A program made the translations under genes and the position numbers. The notes below the pieces were generated by a model. It did no database searches and was not told the DNA's origin. It saw only the letters and a list, made by a program, of their open reading frames with translations. From NCBI RefSeq assembly GCF_009914755.1, contig NC_060926.1: DNA of 64,000 bases. One strand, 5' to 3'. Below are positions 1 to 17,659 of the stretch, piece after piece. Each line of letters starts with the position of its first letter. Position 1 is the first letter of the stretch. The DNA is from the human T2T-CHM13v2.0 reference genome, Homo sapiens.

Positions 1-76
1 TAAAATTAACTTGTTTCCTTCAACTTCAGTATATTATTGAACATTTGAATACATCTTTATGAGAAAATAGTGTGCA

Positions 77-785
<709 letters not shown>

Positions 786-895
786 AGAAAATAGTGTGCA
801 TCAATAAACATTGTCTTGCATTTTATCTCTACCTTCCTTCTTTGTTGTCAAAATTATACATTTGGCCTACACAGAAAAAAGCAGTAATTTTTCTA

Positions 896-4460
<3,565 letters not shown>

Positions 4461-6439
4461 TTTTTCTAATGCCACGACTGTAGAGAGTCTAAATGCTTTT
4501 TTCCCTGTGGTAGAACGAAGGGGAAAAGTTAGAACCTCTCACTTAAAAAAAAAAAATTTGTGAATGGTAACAACTTTATTTTCTAAATTCTAAAATTTTG
4601 TTTACCTCAGAAACGGCATCTCCACAACGGCTCGAGTGACTCTCCAGTAAAATCGTGTAGTTCTGTCAGCACCAGACCAAATCTCTCTGTGTATGGAAAA
4701 ACTTTTTAATCCTTCCAGCGTCACTTAAGATCATATTAATATTTCCACTTCACTAATAAAGTGTGTTTGGGGGAAAAAAGCCACCAGTACTTACCAGTCT
4801 ATCTGAGGAAAAAATGTGTGGAAATTATTATCCGGATAATTATTATTCTTCACTTAAGACTAAAAAAAAAATAGTTTACTATGTGCTGTGGGGATTTCTT
4901 CTCAAATATTGTGGATAAAATTATTTAGAGATAAAATATTATATGTTTGAACTACCCCATTTAGTGTAAACATAATAATACAGGTCTGACTCATACCTAC
5001 TAACAAATTTTTAGACGCTATTTCTTGTTTTTTTTTTTCCTGCTTTGAGAATCATTTATGATTTCCAGTCAATTCTGGTTTTTGTGAATTCTATAATCAT
5101 TAAGAAGAAAATGTTTTTCAAAATGTTTATTATTATTATATACATGTTTCTTAAGAAACATGTAACTGGTGCTCAGTAATAAACACCTCGATTCCCTTGG
5201 TGGTTGTTTCAAGCTTGGTATGTTTTATATTACATTTTATGCTAAAATTTATAATAACTACAATAACATGCAACCAGAATCCTAACTTCAGAACCCTCCC
5301 ATGGCATAGATGGCAATATATAACTAGCCTTCTACTTTAGGTAATAAGATGTTCACCAGTTTCATGTTTTTTAAATACTCTTAGATACATTGTGATTACT
5401 TCAGTGTAAATTCCTCTAGAGAAATGTTTACTTAAGTTTGTAGAAAGCCTTGCAGCAGAAGCACTTCATTAACACTATAAATAAGAATGTGGCAGTGGTT
5501 CAGATTCCACATCAGTGAATTCTCCAAGTTCTACTTCTGTGTATCTTATGTTCTATTGCTTTTCTATCCCAGATTTTCCACAAATCTATATTCTTTTCTA
5601 ATCCATTCTGTTTTAGCCCATAAGGGGTGACTTGTATAGCTAAGGTGTATATAATTGGTGCGCTAGTGTGATATTAGGACCAAGACTTTTTAAATCTGTA
5701 AAGTAAATGCCATTGATTGTGATTTCTAATCTAGATTGATCTGTAACTTGATATTTGATTATTTCTTCATCTTGCTAGTTTGCCCAAGAGCACATTATTT
5801 TTTATATCTCCATCACATCATTATTTAACAACTCTACATTGTTTAAGGATTAAAATTCAAATAAAACCCAGAAGTATTACATGTAACTCAACAATTGTTT
5901 GACTCCAAGATACAGAAATGTATAGTTATTTTCTCCATCCTGAAGAAACTTACAGCCATAAAGACCAAAAAAAGAGTCTTTTCTTGCATTTACTTATTTA
6001 AACATTATACTAATGGCCACTGCCATTTCAAACAATGCCTATTGAAACCACTATTTATGTGGGTTTTTTCCTTTGTTTTTTTAAATGCCACCTAGAAAAT
6101 GAACCAGTTATAAGTGAGAAATGCAAAAAATTATGTCTTCAACTCATCATAATCAAAATATAAATAAGACTTGTCTGAATCTTACTGATGCCTCAAAGCC
6201 CATTTCAAATGTCATATTTTTCTATATCACTTTACCCAACCCTTCCTTTGAAGTTCTTACCTTCCTTAGTAACAGTAAACTGAGCTTTAAAGACAGCATC
6301 TATCTGATTTCTTTTAGCGTGGTGTCTTCTTATAGTTCAACTCTGAATGAATAAAAGGATTAATGAGTTCATGAGATAAACCCCATACTGAAGATATGAC
6401 ACAATCTCCTATTAGAGTTAAATCAGAAATTTACTCAAT

Positions 6440-6905
6440 ATCAATATCAAGTCTAATGTCCTTAAGCATAGTATGTCACATCCTCACTACTAGGTCCTAC
6501 TTAACTCTTTCAGCTTCTTTTTTTTTTTTTTAAACAATTTGCCCCCATGCTGCCTACACCAGAATGTTTATTTTCTTGCTCTTTTATGTATGTTCTCAAA
6601 GCCCTTCATTTCTCCTCCTGGCAAATTCTTATTAAGCCTTAAATGGCCCTACTCAAAAGTTACCTCTACGGTGAAAGCTTCTCTTCCTCCTCCCTGCTGT
6701 AGCCAATCCCTGGGCAGAATTACTTGCATCGTCATCTGTTTCCTATAGCAATTTATTTCTAACTGTAGAACACTTAAAATGTCTTTATTGTATTGAGTTG
6801 TTTATATGTCCCCTCCACTAGGCTCCATTAATCAGGACAAGGATTTATTAATTTTTGTATCCCCAGTGCCTCTAAGTACCTCAGTTAATTAGAAGAAATG
6901 AAATG
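6440..6905 (+). mobile_element. L2 LINE 3' fragment
   Basis: L2-like 3' end (tttttgtatccccagtgcct...gaaatgaaatga). Confidence 0.6.
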
Positions 6906-7559
6906 ACTCCATGGTTAATACTCATTTACCAACTCAAATGGATTCATGGTGCCTTGAAAGTGCCTTAAGTTTCTTGTTTTTGTGTTATTTTGCTTTAGTT
7001 TTATACATTAGAGACTTGCTTTTATAATCATGTTGAAATACATTTAACATGAAAACTATGCTGAGCTATAACACCATAGGAGTTCAAAATGGACTTCAAA
7101 TATTAGTGGTTTTAGCATCATTTGTGTTTCATGGTAGAACCAGAAATATGACAAGACAGTTTTTCCCTTTTACTTCTTTTAATAAATCATGTAAGAAGTG
7201 AATAAATATGCTAAATCTAAAAGTTTGTTTCAAACTGAAAGATAATAAAATATATTTCAAACAGTTAAAAGAACCACTAACAAAAATATTTAAATACAGC
7301 AGTTAGAAAGGAAAACATCATCACTTACTAAAAATATTTAAAATAAATATGGCTATAAATAACACAAATAGCACTTTTCATCAAGTCAATGATAAGCACT
7401 AGGGGAAAATAAGAAAATCAGGATACTGTGTACATTTATTTGCATATAAGATTAAGTTTTTATCAGCGCAATAATGGTAATTTGTAACATAAATAACATC
7501 TTAAATGTGATAACATATGTGCAAATGCTTTAAACTATAAACCACCTTTTTGTCCTCAA

Positions 7560-8290
7560 TGTTCATTAATGACATCATAATCTATCCAGTCTCCTAAACT
7601 AAAACTCTTATATTATCCTTAACTTTTTCTCTTTTTTTGTTTTACTACTTCCCAAAATGCATCCCCTACATAGACATTCATCAAATCTTGTTGATTTTAC
7701 ATCAAATATGACCCTGAAATTAATCCCCCTTTTATCCATAATGTATCATCTTTATTTCAATCTCTCGTTATCTCTTTCTGAGAATATTGTAATAAACCAG
7801 TCTTCATTTTACTAGTCTCTTCTCAACTTCTGCCCAATACCATTACAAAAGTTTTTTTCTTAATAGAATATTAATCATTTTGTTACTTTCTTAAGAACTT
7901 CTTTTAACCTTTGATGCCCTTCAGAATAAAATACAAACTTTAATTTGACATAGAAAGTTCCTCATAGTTCAGTTCTAAACTGTTTTTTTCAGCTTCCACA
8001 TCTACTCCCACAACACAACTTACTTTCCTGCAGCACTTAACTTCTTGCCATCCCTTAAATGTATAAAGCCCTTCGCAGTTTCAGTCTAGGCCATATGCTG
8101 CTTCGTTTGCTTAAAGCATAGTGGCAGGTCTTACTTAGGAAAGTTTTCTGCAGTGATCCAAAGTTTACAGTCATCTTTAGACCCCTACAGTTTTATTTGC
8201 TAACCTTTTTTTTAACTTCTAATTTTCTCCGCATTATTATGTTATTATATTTTCTGCTTACTTAGCTAATTAGAAATAACCTTTTTCCTG
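7560..8290 (+). mobile_element. L2 LINE fragment
   Basis: Degenerate L2-like pyrimidine-rich segments (atcaaatcttgttgattttac...). Confidence 0.5.
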
Positions 8291-8749
8291 AGCTCTAAGT
8301 ATTGGAAAAACAGGTGGAATGTTCCACTATTTACAACATCCATTTGATACTCTAATAAATTTCAGTAACAATTTAAGAACCCTGTCGCTGAAATAAAGCA
8401 AGAGTTTGTTTTTTATTAGAATCCGTGCAATTGCAAATAACACCTTTTTTAAAAACAATTACGAGTTCTTTCCAATTAGACTTTTGTAAAAATCTTTTCA
8501 AGGTTTTGAGAGGACAAAATGTCTTTTTTTAATCATATAAACTTAAAATACTTAGATTACTTCCTCCTTTTGTAGTTTTTTCCTGAGTTTAGTCACATAA
8601 ATATTTAGTTGGACATGGCAAATTTATATAGCTATCTTTTACTTAAAATTTTCAAGGAATTACATATATTGACATTAAATAAAAAATACATTTAACATGA
8701 AAACTATGCTGAACATAATTTAATTTTATATCCTGAAAGAAATATTGAA

Positions 8750-8990
8750 TAGTAGTTGGAGGAGTAGAGTCGAATCAAACTAAGTTTTTGAATCTATAGT
8801 CCACTCATTCCTTGATGTGTAATATGAGCAAATTATTTAGTTTTTCTGAGACACAGCTTCCCATAAATGGGAATTAAAAAATAGAACCTACCTCATAGAT
8901 TGCTGGGTAAAGTAAATGAAATACAGTATATAAAGCATTTAGAAGAGTCCTGGGCACCCAGTCAATGTCCATTTAAAAACATTTTTAATT
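8750..8990 (+). mobile_element. MIR
   Basis: MIR core (gagcaaattatttag..ctgag..aaatggg..acctacctcatag..gtaaatgaaata..aaagcatttaga). Confidence 0.7.
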
Positions 8991-9010
8991 ACAATAATTA
9001 TTATCAAACT

Positions 9011-9233
9011 CATAGTGTGCTGAGCTGGCTCTTACAGATTCAGAAGAGTTGATTGTTAGCATCTCTTCCCAACTGTGTATTTCAGTAACTTCACGTGGGT
9101 AGTTTGGAAGTATTTACATCACTGTAAATGGCTCATAATGGAAGTATTTATATCACTGAAATCAGCATATGCTACAGATCAGAGCTTTTTTTTCTAGAAA
9201 ACCAGTTGTTAACAGTTACCAGCATAGTACAGC
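9011..9233 (+). mobile_element. MER63-type hAT-Blackjack DNA transposon
   Basis: gtgtgctg...ggaagtatttacatcac...ccagcat resembles MER63; intact 8-bp TSD ATCAAACT at 9003-9010 and 9234-9241. Confidence 0.8.
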
Positions 9234-10004
9234 ATCAAACTCTGTCTTATGTTTCAATAGTAATTTATATTATTCATACTATCTAAGTCAATTCTTACTA
9301 CAAGCTTATAGCTGTAGTGAGCCAGGCAGTTTGTCTAGCTAATATCAAAGTCAAGCAATTCAATAGACTCTATATTTGATGCCAGGACATATGCAAAAAC
9401 CTCATTTAAAAATAAAAGAAGCTCGTTGTAGTTAGTTTTCATCTCATTTGATAGTTCTTTATGAGTGGAAAGTCCAAAACTTAACATATACAAAAAAGTA
9501 GCTATTTAATATTTTAAGTTTGTTTATAGTTTCGTGATTTCAGAATGCACATAGGTTCTGTTCACAGGAAAACAATGGATCAAAAGAATACTCCCTCTAT
9601 CATTATCTAGGACAGAGTATAGCCACTGCCTACTATCAATGAATAATCATTGAATCATAATATAATCTTCAAAGTACTTTTAAGTGGATGCTGTCATGTG
9701 ATGATTTAACTCTCCTTTGATTTGCTGAACATCTATTATGTGCAAGGATCTGTGCCTGATGCTGAATGAAATATTTTGACATGTAAGATTTAATCCTTGT
9801 CTCTAAAGAATGCATTCTAACAAGAAATATGCATATAAAAGGATAACCAACAATACATTGCCGAATCAGGCTGTTCACAACTTTGTCCTAGCTATTTTTC
9901 AGCCTTATCTTCAGCCACTTCACTCTCCTCTCCTGTGCCTCTCACAATTTGCCACACAAAACTACTTGCAATTTCCAAACATTCATGTGTTTTGTTGTTT
10001 TGTT

Positions 10005-10270
10005 GTTCAGTTCAAAAGACATTTATTGAGCATCTATTATTCAGCAAGCATTGCGTTAAGTATCAGGAATCCAAAATAATACACAGTCTTTTTCCCAGAA
10101 ATTTAGAGTACAGTAGGGAGACAGACTTATAGTTTATTTCAGTATAATAGGATAAGCGCTACAGTAAAGTTATATCTAGCCACTGAAGAAAGGGGATCAA
10201 ATGTAGTCTGGAGACTTAGGGGAGACTTTCAGGAAGAAATGGTGTCCAAAAGCTGAGTCTTAAAGGTTAT
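10005..10270 (-). mobile_element. L2 3' fragment
   Basis: catttattgagcatctattat... is the reverse-strand L2 terminus. Confidence 0.6.
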
Positions 10271-13011
10271 ATTCATTCATTTAATTCCTATAAGCCTATA
10301 GTTTTCTGTAAAACTTCCTTTTATTTCCATACTAATCAATTATTCATCCATGTTCCCATAACATTTCAGACATCTATTGCATACTTATAAAATTATATAG
10401 AGATTAGTTGTAACATACTATCTCTTACACTAAATTATTAGCTCTTTAAGACTTGGGATAGTTAATTTGGTTATCTTCATATTTCCAATATTTAGCATGG
10501 GACCTACCATATGATAGACATTTTTTAAACTGTCAGCTTGAAAATATACCAAGTGAATGATATAGAAAATAAGTACTGTAAAAAATAAATGCTGTGAAAA
10601 TTCGGGGAGGGATTACATAAATTCTATACAAAATAGGCAAGGAAGGCTTCACAGAGGAAAGGATTGAAAAATTCCTGTAAAACAGGATCTAGGAAGCCTC
10701 AGGAGAGTAGTTTCAACCAGAAACAAAATTTAACCTAAGGTCCAAAAAATAGAGCTCTGTTTTGTCAGAGACAAAGAAAGTGGGGAAATAGCTCTAACAT
10801 TAAACTGAGAGGTAGGAATAAAGATGAATTAATCTGAAAGCCACTGACTCAAGGAATCTGGTTACAAGAAGGCTTGGCCAATCAGGGTGAAAAGCAACAA
10901 GGGCCTGGAAGACACTGAGCAATATTTTAAAAAACTAAATCTAAATAGACATTATGATATAGTAACTTGCCTATCCTGAATGTAGTATGTATCCCAGGAT
11001 TTCTCTAATTATAATGAATGGGTTTGGTATATTCCACATAACTGAATTTAGCATCAGTGGACCTTTTAAGAGGAGAATTAATGAAAGAAAATGTGACCAA
11101 GGCCATGATACCCTTGAGCAGATATTTGAAGGGGTCTAGCAGAAAAAGAGCCAAGAATCACAGAAAGTAGACAAGGAAATGTAACACTGGGAATTGGGGA
11201 GAGGCATTAGTGCGTACTGCAATGTGCTGTCACACAATTCTGTTAAAGGATAACCTTTTCCCTAATTTTTAATAGTTTCTCAAAGATAATTATGCCCTAT
11301 ATGGGGAAAAAATAGGATCAACATGTTTAATTTTGAAATGCAATCTGATACATACTCATTATATATGTAATATTTGTTTTACATAGTACTTATGAATAGA
11401 GAAGAAAGTTGCTTTGCAATTTTTGCCTGAGGTCATTCATGCTCATCACCCACTTAACTGTAGTTTCATATCAGCTTCCACAAGCTAATCCCACAATTTC
11501 TGGAGACCACTCAGAGGGACTCTAGAAATGACTTTCTTAAAAGTTATCTGGCCTGCACCTTGGACAATAACCTAGAAAACCATAGATATAGAATACGGGC
11601 TGCTTGGTTAAAGTTACAATGCCTTCTTCAAGAAACATTCAAACAAGGCAGCAGCTGGGCTTGGAATATAATGTGTAGCTAAGCAGGAACAGAACCACAG
11701 TAATCATGATTGGAGTAAAGAGATAACATACATATATGACCCTTCTTCTCGTATGTGGAAAACAAAAAGGTAAGAAAGAGAAGCAGCAGCAAAATGAACA
11801 TATATTTCCAAGCCATGCTAATTATGATATTATATATTATATATGTAATGTATAAGTAATATAATGAATCAAGGGATTATAAATAGAATTTTAAGTTAAT
11901 ATGCTCTACAACAATCCAGGTGTTGTATTTTTTTTAAAAAGTAAAGCATAAAAAGACAGAGGATTTTCTTTTTTTTATTTTTGCATATAAAATCTCTGTC
12001 GGGTGCAAACACATATAAAAAAATTCATTCAAATGATACTTAGCACAGAATATGTGCTCATCACTGTTCTGGACACAAGGCTCGTCTTTCAATAGGTATA
12101 GAAATAGGCTTGTAGTCATGAACACTTAAATTTATATGTGGTTCCTTGTTGGATATCCTTCTGCTTGCTTAGCAATGTAATAGCAGCATCATATTTTCTA
12201 CTTTTACACTCCAAACTGGTAGAATAATTACCAAAAAATAAAAAGATGACTATTTCAATTGCTGCATGTCATTGCAGGGAATACTCCTTCTACCGAGTTT
12301 GATTTATAGACGAAGTGCCTCAGACCATAATTATCCATTGTTGAAGTACTAATACGAGGTCAAACTTTGTCAGGAACTTCAATGTGGAACCAAAATATGC
12401 CAGTTTAAACTCCAAAAGAAGTATCCCAGATGTCTGCAGGAGACTTTGGTATTGGGGATTGAGAAATAGAAGACAAGAAACAGAAATGTAGCATCATTCA
12501 CCACTAACCCTTTCTGTAACCCTAAACCCTCTACAAGAAAGGCATACAAGAAAAGGATAAGAGTTTGGATATACAACAGTCAAAACTACACTCACTGCAC
12601 TGCTCAAAAAATGTGCCTTAACTGAATTTGCCAGAGGTTCAGTAGAATTACAAAACTATTTTGCACTTTTTTTAATGAAAAAGGTTTTCAAACTCTGGCA
12701 AGAAAACAAGCTCAAAATTCAGGCTTTTTGTTTTATTTTGATTTTTTTCTGTTGCTTTGAGGAATGAACACTATAAACTTGTATCAATTTACACTGAAAT
12801 CATAGTAAGAATTTTAAGAAGGCCAGAAATCTATTGACAGCCAATATAGAGTAGTAAAGAACATAAGAAATATGGGCTCCGCACCCCGAAAATTATCATG
12901 CTTCAGCCTTCTATTTCTTTACCTGAGTGGTGTGTTCATTTTGTGATAATTCATTATGTTGTACATTTATGAATGATATCCTTTTCTGTCTGTGTTTCCT
13001 ATTTTTAGAAT

Positions 13012-13096
13012 GAAAGAAAAAGAGAGGAAAGGAAGAAGGGAGGAACAAGGGAAGGGAGGGAATGGAGAGAAAAAAAGGATGAGAGGAGGGAAAGAG
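13012..13096. repeat. Purine-rich (GGAA/GGA) low-complexity tract
   Basis: Seen directly. Confidence 0.8.
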
Positions 13097-14329
13097 GCTG
13101 AGGCCAGGGTGTTCAGAACCTTGCATGCCAAAGCTAAGGAAAGGTGGACTTTATGCCACAGACAAGACAATATTTGTGTGTTTCAGGAAAATGATATATG
13201 TAAATAGCATTTTAGAAAAATTTATATAGTAGCCAATTTAGCATGAACCAGAAGCAAGAGAATACTGTCTCTAGGAGAAATTGGTCTAGTTTAGAAGACA
13301 TTGAAATAATATAACCAGAAATGTTAAGAACCTGTATTGTAGTATCGGCCACAGGAATAATATATTTTAGAAATAATCATTAGAACTTTGTTACAGCTGC
13401 TTTGAGGGTAAGAAATCAGTGATTATTTCAAGGTTTCAAGCCCAGTTGACTAGAAAAATAAACATATTATTAATGGCAGAGGGGAGTAGAGAGGTTGAAC
13501 TTGTGTGAAAGTATATCATAAGGATGAGGGTGAGGCATCTGAATTTAAACATATTGTATTGAAGAAAGTGCTATTGCTCTAGACTGCTAGTTGGAAAAGC
13601 ATAAATGGAGTTCAACAGCAGATAAGGATTATAAATGCAGATGATTTCATGTTCATATGCATATTAAAATGATTTGGCATGGTTATGAAGGGCAGAAACA
13701 TCAGAACTGCATTCTCCCAGCTTCTTTTTGCCACTATTAATATTGTTCTAACTATATATCATCATGGGAAAAATGATATAATTTATACTCTGTTCTACTT
13801 ATATATACTATCAGATGATACCTATAAATTCTTTGTGAGGATAGAAACCTCTTAACACTTGATGAAAAATAAACCTCTTACCTCTTTCTACTAGTGTGGT
13901 TGGCTTGGTTTTAAAAAATGATTTCAAATTTTGATCCCTGCTTTAATGTAGTCTCATTTTGACTATATTGCAAGGTGGCAAAATTTTTACTCAGGTTTGT
14001 TGTCATCTAAATACTTTTAATCAGAAACTCCTTGAAGATATTTTATTGATTGATTAATATGGTAAGTGTTTATTTTGTGATTTTTGGAACTAATTTCACA
14101 AAAATTAGTTTAAGTATGGGTAGGCGACAAATAATCATTAAATCAGTAGCATGTAGATTTTAATATTATCTGCATATAGACAATCACTCTTAAAACATAA
14201 AAATATATATGGCATTTTCCTTAAAAAGAATGAGAGGGAAAAACTATTTAAATTTTTACCACGACCTTGGAAAGCTATGATCAGTTTCAGGGAAGCTACC
14301 TAATGAACAGTTAGAGAAAAAATAAAGTC

Positions 14330-14625
14330 AGATAGGCACGGTGGTTCACGCCTCTAATACCAGTACTTTGGGAAGTCAAGGAAGGAGGATCACTTGAGGC
14401 CAGGAGTTCACGACCAGCCTGAGCAACATAGGAACACCCATCTCTACAAAAAATTTTAAAAATTAGCCTGGCATGGTGGCACGCAGCTGTGGTCCTAGCT
14501 ACTCAGGAGGCTGAAGGGGAGGATTGCTTGGGCCGGGAGAGGTCGGAGGATGTAGTGAGCCGTGATTGTACCACTGCTCCCCAGCCTGGGCAACAGAACA
14601 ATTCCATGTCTCAAAGAATAAAATA
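14330..14625 (+). mobile_element. AluJ
   Basis: Diverged full Alu with ggaggattgcttg; TSD AAAATAAAGTC on both sides. Confidence 0.9.
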
Positions 14626-15274
14626 AAATAAAGTCTAGCACAAACTTCATTTGTCAGTAGCAAAAAAGGAGGACCAGTACCTAAGAAAGAATATAAACAT
14701 ATTTCTTGGCTTTCAAATGATTATACTAGTTGCCAAAAGATGGTTCCAGTGTCTGTTGCCAATTGTAAAAACTGTTCCCAGTCATACAAATCTAGAAATT
14801 CCCTGTCAAGTCTTATGTGTTTTCTTTCATCAATCTAATCATGTTATATTCATGAAAATTAACTTAAACACACAGTCACTTTTTCTTAAATACTTTCATA
14901 GTATATTCTAACATATTATAAAATATCTTATATATTAAGAAATATAATCACTTGTTGGGACATGTCAACTTTCCTCTGTATACATTTACTATAACATCAC
15001 ATTCATAATTTGTCAACTAATAATAAAAAATAAATAAATAAATTACTTAAAATTTTTTTTCTCTTTAGAATTACTAAAAAACAACTGTTTTCTACTGTTT
15101 TTGGTTCTGTAAGTGCAGAATTATGTATCATAGTATGAATTATAAATAAAATTATCAAGTTATAAAAATAATCTTCCCAATTATCAAAATTTCCAATGGA
15201 ATGTTAATTCTTCTAGATAGTAAAATCATAGAAAAATAACCCACTGAGAATGAAAGCTAAAAAGAAAGAGTAAT

Positions 15275-15565
15275 TAATCAACCAAATAATGTTGAGCTCT
15301 ATTATGAATCAGGAACTTAGCATTCTGAATGATACAAAGTAAATATATAAGATGCAGCTTCTGCAATAAGTAGCTTTATGATATCATTAGATACTAAAAT
15401 CTAAAAGAAGAACTATGTGTCCTGGTGATATTTCATTGAATATTCCATTCATATTAAGACTACTAAAAATTGAAATGAAGAAAATATCACCCTGGGATAG
15501 ATTAGCAGGGAAGTATTCATGGGATTTAAACAAGACCTTAAAGAATAAGTAGAAAATTCACAGTT
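15275..15565 (-). mobile_element. L2 fragment
   Basis: Degenerate reverse L2 3' region. Confidence 0.45.
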
Positions 15566-16194
15566 ATACAAATTAAGCATCACATTGTAATCTGAATCTT
15601 CCTGTGGAATTCCATTGTACAATTCGTCCTTTGGGGGTACAAATTTGAGTGGAGCTCTAGGAACACTATAAACTACAGGTTGGGGGATCACTTTTGTCTG
15701 GACATGCTCTTAGTGAGTCAGATCTTTCAGAGGATCTTGCCCTGCTCAGATTCATCTAACTTCAGGCATAGGATCTGATCAGAAATCACTGACTGATACT
15801 GCCTGTTTCTTGCCCCATTCCCAGTTCTTCTCACAGAACAAGAGTGTCACCATAACTACCAAAGAGTAAAATTCTCTTCTCTCTGGAGAAGATTCTATCA
15901 TAAATCTCAGGAGATTCATCTTTGGCACCTTTCCGCTTATTCATACTATTTGAATAAAATGTGTCACCAAGTAACAGCATAAGCCTTGCTATAGCAGGGA
16001 CCAAAAAGAAATATTCAGAGAAGGAAATAAAAAGCACACTCACCTGACAGCATCAGGAACATTTTATCTTAACTCCCTTAATGTTCCTGGGTAAAGCTTT
16101 CTGTAATTAGTTTTTAAATGATCCTACAAGTTATTTTGGCAGCTTTCGAGAGGCACTGACTCCTCAGATGAATACTGGTGTCCCTAAAGACATA

Positions 16195-16352
16195 AACAGA
16201 TTAGCCAGGTGTGGTGGCGCATGCCTGTGGTCCCAGCTATTCGGGAGGCTGAGGTGGGAAGATTACTTGAGCCCAAGAGGTTGAGGCTGCTTTGAGCCAA
16301 GATTGTGCCACTGCACTGGATCCAGCCTGGGAAATAGAGTCAGGCCCTGTCT

Positions 16353-16383
<31 letters not shown>
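16195..16383 (+). mobile_element. 5'-truncated AluJ (right monomer) with A30 tail
   Basis: Right-arm Alu sequence; TSD AAAGACATA at 16186-16194 and 16381-16389. Confidence 0.9.
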
Positions 16384-16385
<2 letters not shown>

Positions 16386-17239
16386 CATATATTGAGTTAC
16401 TGTATTCTTTCCTCTAGACCAAAGTGGGAAATTATCCACATATCTTTTAAGATAAAAATAATACAAGCATAAATAATAATATTAATGGTCCATTCTCTTA
16501 GATTGATAGATCTGTTATCTTCAATAACGGGAGAAAGAACTTCAATCTATTTAGAAGTCTTAATAAAGGCCTATTTTTAAAAGTGAGTGTTGAAGGCATA
16601 AAAACCAAAGAGTAAATTTTAGTTCATTTAAAATGGTCCTTAATCCATCAGATTCAAACTGCTTTCAAAATGCTCATGCTCTCAAGTTTCAACTACTTAT
16701 TTTTCAAATTGTACAATGATGTATGAAAATTTTCATGAAGTTTTCAGGTAGCAGGATTTTCATAGAATGTAACCATTACAGATTTAATCTTTGGGCTGTA
16801 TCTATTTGTAAATGACCCTGAAGGTTATCATGACAGGTAGTAATATGTCATTTTGCTAAAGCACAAATGTGAATTTTATGGAACTATAAAGCTGTTGCTT
16901 GCAGTTAATTAAATTAGTAAGTTTAGTCAGCTGATCATGTGGTATGTGCAGCTGAATGTAGCTTTGCTGTTGTTATTTATCATCTCATTTTATACTCATA
17001 GGCAATAATATGGCCATTTACCAACAAAGTAATTTTTTCCTAGAGTAATATTCACATACTGGGGAGTCGGGAAAGCCTTAGGACATGTCCCTTATGAATA
17101 TTAAGATATATAACATATTAAATAATGTTATTTAGTCTTATTTTTCAACCAATCCACAATCAACATGTTTGAACTTCTAATACTGTACTACAATCTACAC
17201 AACCAGAATTCAGTCAATGAATGTTTCTAAAAACATCAT

Positions 17240-17286
17240 ATGTGCTGTGAACCTAAACCTGCTCTAAAAAATAGTCTATTAAAAAT
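17240..17286 (+). mobile_element. L1MB 3'-terminal fragment
   Basis: gctgtgaacctaaacctgctctaaaaaatagtctattaaaaa resembles the L1MB 3' end. Confidence 0.55.
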
Positions 17287-17659
17287 GACATTATATGGAT
17301 CATTGGCAAGGTGTTATATAAGTCTAATTTCAGAATATTGTTTAACATTACAGTGCTATTAATACTGAATTTTATTCAAATATCCATAAACTAGCCTAGC
17401 AAATCTTAAGCAGAATTTGAATTACTTCCAGCAGTGGTACTGTGATCAGTATACCTAATCCGATTTCCATGAGCAACAATAATGAAAGGTCTCTAAGGAA
17501 GTTATTTTAAATAAAACTAAAACTGTGAATTTAATTTAGCTTTGCATTGGAAGAAACTGGCTCAATATCATCTTAGATGCAAATTAGCACTATTAACTTA
17601 TTATCCAGAATTTCTTAGATGCCCAATATCTTGAATTTGTGAACCATAGATCTCTACTT

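Noticed and set aside
4666-4675. TCAGCACC RE1 half-site
   Set aside because: No partner GGACAG half-site at a suitable spacing.
12340-12375. Minus-strand peptide KFDLVL identical to a RAD51AP2 hexapeptide
   Set aside because: Similarity does not extend beyond six residues; chance.
12504-12529. Telomere-like CTAACCC/TAAACCC motifs
   Set aside because: Only 2-3 degenerate, interrupted units; compatible with chance.
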